Positions 50,075 through 61,568 of a DNA stretch of 64,000 bases are shown piece after piece. Source of the stretch: Macrostomum lignano (Eukaryota); contig NIVC01001269.1 of NCBI GenBank assembly GCA_002269645.1, positions 124,001-188,000 on the forward strand, given 5' to 3'. The notes below the pieces were generated by a model. The model did not search any database. It saw nothing but the letters and a program-made list of their open reading frames with translations, and was not told the DNA's origin. The first letter of the stretch is position 1. Each line of letters starts with the position of its first letter. A program made the position numbers and the translations under genes.

Positions 50075-53000
50075 GGCAGGCACAGGCAGACATACAGACA
50101 GACAGGCAGGCACAGGCAGACAGACAGGCAGGCACAGGCAGACAGACAGGCAGACACTAAGACACTAAGACAGACAGACACTAAGACAGACAGACAGGCC
50201 AGCAGACCATATGAGCAATGGCTTTAACCAATTCCAGGCAAATGAACGCATCGCAGCAGCGCAACCAGCCGCAGGTTCTGCTGCTGCAGCTGCACAGACT
50301 GGAGTTCGTGCTGGACAGCCCATCGTTGGCCAGCTTGCTGCACCGCTGTCGGCGCAGTAATCGACAACAATCTAGCCGACGTCTTGGTGGTCGTCAAAAA
50401 GGTCGGTATCGTCGGCGGCTGATACTTTTAGGCAGTCTGGGCGCCAGCGACCTGACCGGGGTGCCGCAGTCTCTGCTGCTGGACGCTGTGCCCTATGCCG
50501 GCTGGTGAGGCTTTGTGGGGTATTAACTGTTAAGTTGAAGTGACACCTAATTTTAAAGGGCATTCTGAAAACTGATGAAATGTGTCAGTAGTCAGGTGTC
50601 GATAGGATGTGTCAGTAGGTCAGGTGTCGATAAGATGTGTCAGTAGTCAGGTGTCGATAGGATGTGTCAGTAGGTCAGGTGTCGATAAGATGTGTCAGTA
50701 GTCAGGTGTCGATAGGATGTGTCAGTAGGTCAGGTGTCGATAAGATCTGTCTATAGGTCAGGTGTCGATAAGATTTGTCTATAGGTCAGGTGTCGATAAG
50801 ATTTGTCTATAGGTCAGGTGTCGATAAGATCTGTCTATAGGTCAGGCGTCGATAAAATCTGTCTATAGGTCAGGTGTCGATAAGATGTGTCAGTAGTCAG
50901 GTGTCGATAGGATGTGTCAGTAGGTCAGGTGTCGATAAGATCTGTCAGTAGGTCAGGTGTCGATAAGATGTGTCAGTAGGTCAGGTGTCGATAAGATGTG
51001 TCAGTAGGTCAGGTGTCGATAAGATGTGTCAGTAGGTCAGGTGTCGATAAGATGTGTCAGTAGGTCAGGTGTCGATAAGATCTGTCTATAGGTCAGGTGT
51101 CGATAAGATTTGTCTATAGGTCAGGTGTCGATAAGATTTGTCTATAGGTCAGGTGTCGATAAGATCTGTCTATAGGTCAGGCGTCGATAAAATCTGTCTA
51201 TAGGTCAGGTGTCGATAAGATGTGTCAGTAGGTCAGGTGTCGATAAGATGTGTCAGTAGGTCAGGTGTCGATAAGATGTGTTAGTAGGTCTGGTGTCGAT
51301 AATATGTGTCAGTAGGTCAGGTGTCGATAAGATGTGTTAGTAGGTCAGGTGTCGATAAGATGTGTCAGTTGGTCAGGTGTAATCTGCTCACCATTCTCAC
51401 TCCATAATCTGCTCACCCTAGCTGGACTCTACTCTCAGTCCTGGAGCAGCCGGTCTCTGGTTTGGCATATCGATGTCTTAAACTTCGATGGCGGCAAATC
51501 CTTGCTGAGTCTGTCTCAACATCGACACGATTCTCCAGCTTCGCTGACTCGATGCCGCCAATTCTGAGTTGGATTGGAAACCTGCCGGAGCAGTGCAACA
51601 GATGCTTGATGAAGATGCTCAGTTCGTTGGACAGGCAGAGAAGTCTGGACCATCCAGTCGGGCCGTCAATGTTTTTGTCGTGTCCGGTGACTTTGGATTC
51701 GGATCTGCTAGAGGAGCAGGTAATATACTGTTACTGTTTTGTATATCTAGTTCATATTATTGCTCGTAGAGTAGGACATGGTCCAATGAACCAACCTACT
51801 GACATATCGGCCCTGAACCTACTGAGAAATCGTCCTGAACCTACTGAGAAATCGGCCCTGAACCTACTGAGAAATCGGCCCTGAACCTACTGAGAAATCG
51901 GCCCTGAACCTACTGAGAAATCGCCTCTGAACTTTCTGAGAAATCGCCCTGAACTTTCTGAGAAATCGCTCTGAACCTACTGAGAAATCGCCCTGAACTT
52001 TCTGAGAAATCGCTCTGAACCTACTGAGAAATCAGCCCTGAACCTACTGAGAAATCGCCCTGAACCTACTGAGAAATCGCCCTGAACCTACTGAGAAATC
52101 AGCCCTGAACCTACTGAGAAATCGGCCCTGAACCTACTGAGAAATCGTCCCTGAACCTACTGACATATCGGCCCTGAACCTACTGAGAAATCGTCCTGAA
52201 CCTACTGAGAAATCGGCCCTGAACCTACTGAGAAATCGGCCCTGAACCTACTGAGAAATCGGCCCTGAACCTACTGAGAAATCGCCTCTGAACTTTCTGA
52301 GAAATCGCCCTGAACTTTCTGAGAAATCGCTCTGAACCTACTGAGAAATCGCCCTGAACTTTCTGAGAAATCGCTCTGAACCTACTGAGAAATCAGCCCT
52401 GAACCTACTGAGAAATCGCCCTGAACCTACTGAGAAATCGCCCTGAACCTACTGAGAAATCAGCCCTGAACCTACTGAGAAATCGGCCCTGAACCTACTG
52501 AGAAATCAGCCCTGAACCTACTGAGAAATCAGCCCTGAACCTACTGAGAAATCAGCCCTGAACCTACTGAGAAATCGTCCCTGAACCTACTGAGAAATCG
52601 TCCTTGAACCTACTGAGAAATCGTCCCTGAACCTACTGAGAAATCGTCCCTGAGCCTACTGAGAAATCGTCCCTGAGCCTACTGAGAAATCGTCCCTGAA
52701 CCTACTGAGAAGTCGTCCCTGAACCTACTGAGAAATCAGTCCTGAACCTACTGAGAAATCAGCCCTGAACCTACTGAGAAATCGGCCCTGAACCTACTGA
52801 GAAATCGGCCCTGAGCCTACTGAAATCAGTCCTGAACCTACTGAGAAATCAGCCCTGAACCTACTGAGAAATCGTCCCTGAACCTACTGAGAAATCGTCC
52901 CTGAACCTACTGAAAAATCAGTCCTGAACCTACTGAGAAATCAGTCCTGAACCTACTGAGAAATCAGAACTGAACCTACTGAGAAATCGGCCCTGAACCT

Positions 53001-56000
53001 ACTGAGAAATCAGCACTGAACCTACTGAGAAATCAGTCCTGAACCTACTGAGAAATCGGCCCTGAACCTACTGAGAAATCAGCACTGAACCTACTGAGAA
53101 ATCAGTCCTGAACCTACTGAGAAATCGGCCCTGAACCTACTGAGAAATCGTCCCTGAACCTACTGAGAAATCGTCCCTGAACCTACTGAGAAATCGGCCC
53201 TGAACCTACTGAGAAATCAGCCCTGAACCTACTGAGAAATCGTCCCTGAACCTACTGAGAAATCGTCCCTGAACCTACTGAAAAATCAGTCCTGAACCTA
53301 CTGAGAAATCAGTCCTGAACCTACTGAGAAATCAGAACTGAACCTACTGAGAAATCGGCCCTGAACCTACTGAGAAATCAGCACTGAACCTACTGAGAAA
53401 TCAGTCCTGAACCTACTGAGAAATCGGCCCTGAACCTACTGAGAAATCAGCACTGAACCTACTGAGAAATCAGTCCTGAACCTACTGAGAAATCGGCCCT
53501 GAACCTACTGAGAAATCGTCCCTGAACCTACTGAGAAATCGTCCCTGAACCTACTGAGAAATCGTCCCTGAACCTACTGAGAAATCGTCCCTGAACCTAC
53601 TGAGAAATCGTCCCTGAACCTACTGAGAAGTCGTCCCTGAACCTACTGAGAAATCAGTCCTGAACCTACTGAGAAATCAGCCCTGAACCTACTGAGAAAT
53701 CGGCCCTGAACCTACTGAGAAATCGGCCCTGAGCCTACTGAAATCAGTCCTGAGCCTTCTGAGAAATCGTCCCTGAACCTACTGAGAAATCGTCCCTGAA
53801 CCCACTGAGAAGTCGTCCCTGAACCTACTGAGAAATCAGTCCTGAACCTACTGAGAAATCAGCCCTGAACCTACTGAGAAATCGGCCCTGAACCTACTGA
53901 GAAATCAGCCCTGAACCTACTGAGAAATCGTCCCTGAACCTACTGAGAAATCAGCCCTGAACCTACTGAGAAATCGTCCCTGAACCTACTGAGAAATCGT
54001 CCCTGAACCTACTGAAAAATCAGTCCTGAACCTACTGAGAAATCAGTCCTGAACCTACTGAGAAATCAGAACTGAACCTACTGAGAAATCGGCCCTGAAC
54101 CTACTGAGAAATCAGCACTGAACCTACTGAGAAATCAGTCCTGAACCTACTGAGAAATCGGCCCTGAACCTACTGAGAAATCAGCACTGAACCTACTGAG
54201 AAATCAGTCCTGAACCTACTGAGAAATCGGCCCTGAACCTACTGAGAAATCGTCCCTGAACCTACTGAGAAATCGTCCCTGAACCTACTGAGAAATCGTC
54301 CCTGAACCTACTGAGAAATCGTCCCTGAACCTACTGAGAAATCGTCCCTGAACCTACTGAGAAGTCGTCCCTGAACCTACTGAAAAATCAGTCCTGAACC
54401 TACTGAGAAATCAGCCCTGAACCTACTGAGAAATCGGCCCTGAACCTACTGAGAAATCGTCCCTGAACCTACTGAGAAATCGTCCCTGAACCTACTGAAA
54501 AATCAGTCCTGAACCTACTGAGAAATCAGTCCTGAACCTACTAAGAAATCAGAACTGAACCTACTGAGAAATCGGCCCTGAACCTACTGAGAAATCAGCA
54601 CTGAACCTACTGAGAAATCAGTCCTGAACCTACTGAGAAATCGGCCCTGAACCTACTGAGAAATCAGTCCTGAACCTACTGAGAAATCAGCACTGAACCT
54701 ACTGAGAAATCAGTCCTGAACCTACTGAGAAATCGGCCCTGAACCTACTGCAAAACTAAGCTGTATATATTGAGTAATCGCAACTCAACCTTGCAATCAA
54801 CAATCTATCAATGCCAATCACCGCAGATACCAGTCTGGCTGGCTAATCTCTGGAATAGCCGTCTGGTGAACATAGTTGCCAGGAGTCTGGGCTCGCCATC
54901 AGCCTCAGCAGACAATGCGCAGCCCTGCCTACTTGCTAAATTCATTCGCTGCGCGATTGCGTCACAATGTCCACTGAGACCAGGGCTGGTGGAAGCATTT
55001 CTTTCTGGCTTGATCGGCTACCAGCCTGAGCCGCTGCAACAATTGCAACCGGATACAGAACAATTGCAACTGGATCAGCCACAATTGCAACCGGATCAGC
55101 CACAATTGCAACCGGACCAAGAGAAACTGCAATTGGATCCAGAGAAACTACAATTGGATCCAGAGAAACTGCAATCGGATCCAGAGAAACTGCAATTGGA
55201 TCCAGAGAAACTGCAATCGGATCCAGAGAAACTGCAATTGGATCCAGAGAAACTGCAATTGGATCCAGAGAAACTGCAATCGGATCCAGAGAAACTGCAA
55301 TTGGATCCAGAGAAACTGCAATTGGATCCAGAGAAACTGCAATCGGATCAAGAGAAATTGCAATCGCATCCAGAGAAACTGCAATCAGATCAAGAGGAAC
55401 TGCCATCGGATCAAGAGAAACTGCAACCGGAACAGCAGAAACTGCAACCGGAACAGCAGAAACTGCAATCGGAAGAGCAGTCACTGCAATCGGAACAGCA
55501 GTCACTGCAATCAGAACAGCAGTCACTGCAACCGGAACAGCAGAAACTGCAATCGGAACAGCAGTCACTGCAACCGGAACAGCAGAAACTGCAACCGGAA
55601 CAGCAGTCACTGCAATCGGAACAGCAGTCACTGCAATCGGAACAGCAGAAACTGCAACCGGAACAGCAGAAACTGCAATCGGAACAGCAGTCACTGCAAC
55701 CGGAACAGCAGAAACTGCAACCGGAACAGCAGTCACTGCAAGCAGACTCAACACCGAGCGCATCAGACGCTGACCAGCTGGGCCAACTCGGACTCAGCCG
55801 CAACAACAGGAAGCGGCCGAAGCTGCCGCAGCCGCTGCAGTTGTTCGCCGAATCCAATTCTGACTCGGCTATCGCAGTGGCGGCGGAGTCTCCGCTGTCG
55901 AAGCGCAGCTTGTCGGCCAGCGCGCCCGGGTCGTCGCTGCCGCTGGTCACGGAGGTCAGCGAAGGCCTGGAGTCGCTGCGCCAGCTGTCGCAGCAGCTGC

Positions 56001-57653
56001 TGGGCGAACCGCCGGCCGACCCCGGGCGCGGTGCCGCCGCAAGCTTCGCCGGTGGCGGCACTCAGGTCAGCGCCGAGATTTGTTGAGTATAGCGCCACCT
56101 CAGTTAGGCGCTATGAGCCAGCACTCCAGCACTTCTGTTTAATCCAGTTTATTGAATCACCTTACTAATCTACTGACAAATGCGTCTGAATTTCTGGAAC
56201 TTCCTACTGATCCGGCCTTCTAATACGCTATCACAAATCCTTTCTTAGAAATCACGCTGGGGTCTTCTGAGAAATCGCCTCGTTGACTTTCTGAGAAATC
56301 GCCTCGTTAACTTTCTAAGAAATCGCCTCAGCGACTCCTTAGAAATCGCCTCTAGGCCTTCTAAGAAATCGCCTCTAGGCCTTCTAAGAAATCGCCTCTA
56401 GGCCTCCTAAGAAATCGCCTCTAGGCCTTCTAAGAAATCGCCTCTAGGCCTCCTAAGAAATCGCCTCTAGGCCTCCTAAGAAATCGCCTCTAGGCCTCCT
56501 AAGAAATCGCCTCTAGGCCTTCTAAGAAATCGCCTCTAGGCCTCCTAAGAAATCGCCTCTAGGCCTCCTAAGAAATCGCCTCTAGGCCTCCTAGGAAATC
56601 GCCTCTAGGCCTTCCTAAAAATCGCCTCTAGGCCTTCTAAGAAATCGCCTCTAGGCCTTCTTAGAAATCGCTTCTAGGCCTTTTAAGAAATCGCCTCTAA
56701 GCCTCCTGAGAAATCGCCTCGGGACCTCCTGAGAAATCGCATCGAAGGGCCACCCGACAAATCGCCTGAGGTCTCCTGAGAAATCGCCTCGGGGACTTCC
56801 TGAGAAATCGCATCGAAGGGCCACCCGACAAATCGCCTGAGGTCTCCTGAGAAATCGCCTCGGGGACTTCCTGAGAAATCGCATCGAAGGGCCACCCGAC
56901 AAATCGCCTGAGGTCTCCTGAGAAATCGCCTCGGGGACTTCCTGAGAAATCGCATCGAAGGGCCACCCGACAAATCGCCTGAGGTCTCCTGAGAAATCGC
57001 CTCGGGGACTTCCTGAGAAATCGCATCGAAGGGCCACCCGACAAATCGCCTGAGGTCTCCTGAGAAATCGCCTCGGGGACTTCCTGAGAAATCGCATCGA
57101 AGGGCCACCCGACAAATCGCCTGAGGTCTCCTGAGAAATCGCCTCGGGGACTTCCTGAGAAATCGCATCGAAGGGCCACCCGACAAATCGCCTGAGGTCT
57201 CCTGAGAAATCGCCTCGGGGACTTCCTGAGAAATCGCATCGAAGGGCCACCCGACAAATCGCCTGAGGTCTCCTGAGAAATCGCCTCTAGGCCTCCTGAG
57301 AAATCGCCACGGGGTACCTTAGAAATCGCATGAATCGCTAAAAAGGCATTTTTCAAGTCACGAATTCATTAGGGATTCATTAATAATCTTTCCAGACTCT
57401 GTTCCGGCGTAGAAGGAATCTGGCCGCTTCATCTTCGCTGTCGGAGACTACGAACTCGTCAGCTTCGTCCCTGCTGCCGCCTTCCACCGGGTTCTCGCTG
57501 TCCTCATTGACTAGCTCGGCTTCTTCTGGCTCGCTGCTCAACGCCGCGGTTGTCAACCGGCGAAGGCAGTTATTCGGCGGCGGCGGCGGCGGCTCCTCTT
57601 CTTCAGCTTCGTCAACGTCGTTACGTCGACATCGGCATCAGAGCTACAATTAG
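42783..57653 (+). CDS. CTTNBP2: Cortactin-binding protein 2-like (CortBP2 coiled-coil N-terminus plus NAV/CTTNBP2-type degenerate P-loop domain)
   Basis: Exons 42783-43454, 44206-44715, 47740-47827, 48214-48491, 49282-49736, 50238-50504, 51422-51719, 54827-56065, 57396-57653 with compatible phases. N-terminal ELLKYLACLEGELAARD, DPYAALQRD, AEGDDV..GLEKERERL|LEFE; C-terminal LILAGP, VGPSMFLSCPV, WLANLWN. The start codon, the join across 44716-47739 and the last exon (alternative stop at 56086) are less certain. Confidence 0.78.
43520..44125. repeat. 27-31-bp minisatellite, CTTNBP2 intron 1
   Basis: Unit gatatgaa(tgaa)gggatgagatgcaggctac. Confidence 0.92.
44870..45540. repeat. 24-bp minisatellite, CTTNBP2 intron 2
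   Basis: Unit aaatgtgtcagtaaattggggct(a/g); 8-aa period in the ORF track. Confidence 0.95.
47975..48200. repeat. 19-bp minisatellite, CTTNBP2 intron 3
   Basis: Unit gtagtatacagtctgtact. Confidence 0.92.
48538..49180. repeat. 23-bp minisatellite with 69-bp trimer organisation, CTTNBP2 intron 4
   Basis: Alternating cctgctgtattgtctgtgtacag / cctgtgttattgtctgtgtacag / cctgtggtattgtttgtgtacag. Confidence 0.92.
49745..50200. repeat. (GACA)n compound microsatellite, CTTNBP2 intron 5
   Basis: gacagacagaca with ggca variants. Confidence 0.97.
50578..51380. repeat. 27/28-bp minisatellite, CTTNBP2 intron 6
   Basis: Unit tgtgtcagtaggtcaggtgtcgataaga. Confidence 0.95.
51795..54752. repeat. 23-bp minisatellite (~128 copies), CTTNBP2 intron 7
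   Basis: Unit gaacctactgagaaatc(gg/ag/gt)ccct. Confidence 0.97.
55036..55742 (+). repeat. Coding 21-bp tandem repeat (7-aa period, ~33 units) in the CTTNBP2 exon
   Basis: QLQPDQP / KLQLDPE / KLQSDPE / KLQPEQQ / SLQSEQQ; stop-free and in frame with the non-repetitive flanks. Confidence 0.9.
56265..57330. repeat. Compound array: 22/23-bp unit (56265-56700), then a 71-bp trimeric unit x~8
   Basis: ctaagaaatcgcctctaggcct, then ctcctgagaaatcgcctcggggacttcctgagaaatcgcatcgaagggccacccgacaaatcgcctgaggt; 71-aa period in the ORF track. Confidence 0.95.
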
Positions 57654-57669
57654 CATGCTAGGACTGGAT

Positions 57670-57703
<34 letters not shown>

Positions 57704-57887
57704 CCTTTTTCTCTGTGTGTTTACTGTTTACTACTTATAGTAGTTTTATTATTTTAATTAGATACTTAAAATCCCGACAATTTGCCAAGGCATCATTAAA
57801 TGAGAATTCTGAAAGTGAAACGCTATTTTCAAACAAATGACATTACTTCCGATTGAAAGTAAGCCAGTCGTGGAACAGGAGTCAAAT

Positions 57888-58018
57888 AATCCCCATAGGA
57901 AATAGATAATCCCCATAGGAAATAGATAATCCCCATAGGAAATAGATAATCCCCATAGGAAATAGATAATCCCCATAGGAAATAGATAATCCCCATAGGA
58001 AATAGATAATCCCCATAA
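57888..58018. repeat. 20-bp minisatellite (~6 copies)
   Basis: Unit ataatccccataggaaatag. Confidence 0.93.
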
Positions 58019-58554
58019 ATCTCTAAGTTAATTAAGATAACTCAAGTCAGGTGACATGACAATGAAAACGAGTGAGTCTGAATCAGAAGTTATGTTTCAA
58101 AATGTGCTACTGCTAAGCTACCGTGTGTGCTTTATTTATTTACTATCCACATATTTTAGATAAATTCAAAATCAAGGCGTGCTTTTTCTGTATTTTTTAT
58201 TCTTCCAGCTCACAATATACCATAATTTTTCTTTCGCTCTACTTGCTCTACTAGGTGTAAGTAGCATATAATTTAGCTTTTATCTAGATATCATTTTTTA
58301 TTTCGACGCAGTTTACAGGGCATACTATGAAGGCGCCAGGTTTTCTAAATCGCTTAAATTACAGATAGAAAATGTTCTGCTTGCAATTCGGTTTAGAATA
58401 TACATATCTTATTGCCTGATTGGCCATGTTAATACCTTTTGTTGTACTTGATTGTTGCCTTGGTATATTTTTTTAAATTTTGGTAGTTATTAATTGAATG
58501 TAAGTTCAACATAATCCGCCCTGTCCTTCCTAAAAATCGCTCCTGCATAAAAAA

Positions 58555-59465
58555 ACACCCTCTCCTTCATAAGAATTCTCCTCTCCTTCATAAGAATTCT
58601 CCTCTCCTTCATTAAAACTGTCCTCTCCTTCATTAGAATTGTCCTCTCCTTCATTAGAATTGTCCTCTCCTTCATAAGAATTCTCCTCTCCTTCATAAGA
58701 ATTGTCCTCTCCTTCATTAAAACTGTCCTCTCCTTCATTAGAATTGTCCTCTCCTTCATTAGAATTGTCCTCTCCTTCATAAGAATTGTCCTCTCCTTCA
58801 TAAGAATTGTCCTCTCCTTCATAAGAATTGTCCCCTCCTTCATTAGAATTGTCCTCTCCTTCATTAGAATTGTCCTCTCCTTCATTAGAATTGTCCTCTC
58901 CTTCATAAGAATTGTCCTCTCCTTCATAAGAATTGTCCTCTCCTTCATAAGAATTGTCCTCTCCTTCATAAGAATTGTCCTCTCCTTCATTAGAATTGTC
59001 CTCTCCTTCATTAGAATTGTCCTCTCCTTCATAAGAATTGTCCTCTCCTTCATTAGAATTGTCCTCTCCTTCATAAGAATTGTCCTCTCCTTTATAAGAA
59101 TTGTCCTCTCGTTCATAAAAATCACCCTCTCCTTCATAGGAATCGTTCCTAAATCGTAAGAATCCTCCTTCACAAGTATCGCTTCTTCTTCATAAGAATC
59201 GCCCTCTCCTTCAAAGGATCGCTCCTTGTTCATTAGAATCGCCCTCTCCTTCATTAGAATCTCTCCTTCTTCATAAGAACCGCCCTCTCCTTCATAGAAA
59301 TCGCCCTCTCCTTCATAGAAATCTCTCCTTCATAAGAATCTCTCCTTCTTCATAAGAACCGCCCTCTCCTTCATAGAAATCGCTCCTTCTTCATAAGAAT
59401 CGCCCTCTCCTTCATAAGAATCTCTCCTTCATTAGAATCAGCACTCTTTCATAAAAATCCCCCTG
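58555..59465. repeat. 21-bp minisatellite directly upstream of PDCD10
   Basis: Unit ttcat(a/t)agaattgtcctctcc; gives a spurious (MKERTIL)n ORF on the - strand. Confidence 0.95.
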
Positions 59466-59616
59466 TCCGTCATGAGAATCGCCCTGTTCTCCCTACGAAA
59501 TCGCTCTCACGGTGCAGCTAACCTTCGCCCTCAGCCAGCGCACAAGGTCCTGAATTGCCGGTGCGAACTCAAAGAAGACACAGCCAGCAATAGAAAGCAG
59601 CCCAGCTGTCAAAGCA

Positions 59617-60330
59617 ATGTCGGCCTACAACAGAGGCGGAATGGCTGTGCCCGGCAACTCGGAGGACGACCTGTCATCAGCTGGCCAGTCCGCGGCCCCC
59701 AGCCCGGCAGTGAGGGAGAGCATGGTGCTGCAGTACCTCATCCAGCCAGTCATCGCCAGCCTGGAGCCGATGTCCGCCTCTCATGCCACCACACTGCGGC
59801 AGGCGTTCAACAGAGTGGAGCAGCACAACCCCGGCTTCTGCTGCGCATTCGTTGAGAACCTGCTGAGGCGCGGCGATCTGGACGTGAATAACGACATTAA
59901 CTTTCACGAGACTCTGCTCAGGCTGGCCTATGAAGAGGAGCGGCAGGCCCCCGCCGCTGGCCCTTATAATCCTGCCGCCAACCCGCACCTGCTGCAGCTG
60001 GAGAAGCGGGCCAAGATGCTCAAAGAGATTCTCAGCGGCATACCTCAGCTCATTGGAGACCGGAAACGGTTCCTGGAAGCCATCAAAGACATCGCCAACG
60101 CCATCAAGGAGATGCTGGACACGGTCAGTTTGGTCACCGCGTCAATCGGCAACGCCCAGCGCAAGCAGTCGCTCGACCAGCAGAAGAAAGATTTCATTAA
60201 ATACTCGAAAACTTTCTCCAATAAATTGAAAACATTTTTCAAAGACAATTCCAAAACTGATGTGTACATCAGCGCCAATCAGCTGATCTACCAGACCAAC
60301 CTCATTCTCAAGGCTGTTCGAGACTACTGA
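59617..60330 (+). CDS. PDCD10: Programmed cell death protein 10 / CCM3, single coding exon
   Basis: TLRQAFNRVEQHNPG, INFHETLLRLA, LKEILSGIP..IGDRKRFLEAIKDIANAIKEMLDTV, QKKDFIKYSKTFSNKLKTFFKD, SANQLIYQTNLIL match the PDCD10 dimerisation and FAT-homology domains. Confidence 0.96.
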   Translation: MSAYNRGGMAVPGNSEDDLSSAGQSAAPSPAVRESMVLQYLIQPVIASLEPMSASHATTLRQAFNRVEQHNPGFCCAFVENLLRRGDLDVNNDINFHETLLRLAYEEERQAPAAGPYNPAANPHLLQLEKRAKMLKEILSGIPQLIGDRKRFLEAIKDIANAIKEMLDTVSLVTASIGNAQRKQSLDQQKKDFIKYSKTFSNKLKTFFKDNSKTDVYISANQLIYQTNLILKAVRDY

Positions 60331-60887
60331 TAATCGATTTATTGAACTTCACTGCTGCACAGAGGCTCCAAAATCGTAAACAAATTATGGTTTTTCTAGA
60401 AATCAGCAAACTTCAAAATATTTGGTTAATAAATAAACAAAATGCAAAATGTTTAACATGGTTTCGTGATGTTATGCTGTTTCGTATTTCCATTTTTTAT
60501 GTTACGTTTTATCCAGTCTAATGTTTAATCATGTTTTCTAAGCGCTCCCCATTTGTTAATTAAATACGGATATTTTTAAACAAAAATTGCAACAAATGCT
60601 GCCCGCCTCATTCACACTACTTATAGTAAGTAGAACGCGTATCGGTAAAGATCAAAATGGTTGATAATTTGTTTTGTAAAACGTTTGCTTCAATCAGAAT
60701 TAATAAACCAGGTATTTAAATATTTTGAGGATCTGAAATCGGCCTTATTTATTATTTCTGTTATATAAATATTTATTATATATTATTCAATGCTTAACTT
60801 TATAGCAAAGCTTATTGTCTTGTTTATCAATAATATTTTAGCCACTAGGTATGTTGATTAGCACTATATATTTGATGCTATACTTCT

Positions 60888-61532
60888 TCAGGCTAGATTA
60901 GCAATCCATTAGATTCCTTATTAACTCGGACTAGATTAGCAATCCATTAGATCCCTTATTAGCTCGGACTAGATTAGCAATCCATTAGATTCCTAATTAT
61001 CTCAGGCTAGATTAGCAACCCATTAGATTCCTTATTAACTCGGACTAGATTAGCAATCCATTAGATTCCTAATTATCTCAGGCTAGATTAGCAACCCATT
61101 AGATTCCTAATTATCTCAGGCTAGATTAGCAATCCATTAGATCCCTTATTAACTCGGACTAGATTAGCAATCCATTAGATCCCTTATTAACTCGGACTAG
61201 ATTAGCAATCCATTAGATCCCTTATTAACTCGGGCTAGATTAGCAATCCATTAGATTCCCTATTAACTCGGACTAGATTAGCAATCCATTAGATTCTTTA
61301 TTATCTCAGGCTAGATTAGCAATCCATTAGATTCATTATTATCTCAGGCTAGATTAGCAATCCATTAGATTCCTTATTATCTCAAGCTAGATTAGCAATC
61401 CATTAGATTCCTTAATATCTCAGGCTAGATTAGCAATCCATTAGATTCCTTATTATCTCAAACCAGATTAGCAATCCATTAGATTCCTTATCCTTATTAA
61501 CTCGAGCTAGATTAGCAATCCATTAGATTCCG
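60888..61532. repeat. 38-bp minisatellite (~17 copies) between PDCD10 and ARMH3
   Basis: Unit ctagattagcaatccattagattccttatt(atctcagg/aactcgga). Confidence 0.95.
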
Positions 61533-61568
61533 TATTCATCACTGGTTTATAACTGCACTTCAGGCGCA

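Noticed and set aside
54942-56098. Long antisense ORFs (273, 216 and 111 aa)
   Set aside because: Shadows of the GC-rich, repeat-containing CTTNBP2 exon on the opposite strand
58490-59254. 254-aa ORF of (MKERTIL)n on the - strand
   Set aside because: It is the translation of a 21-bp minisatellite whose unit lacks stops; no splice or homology support
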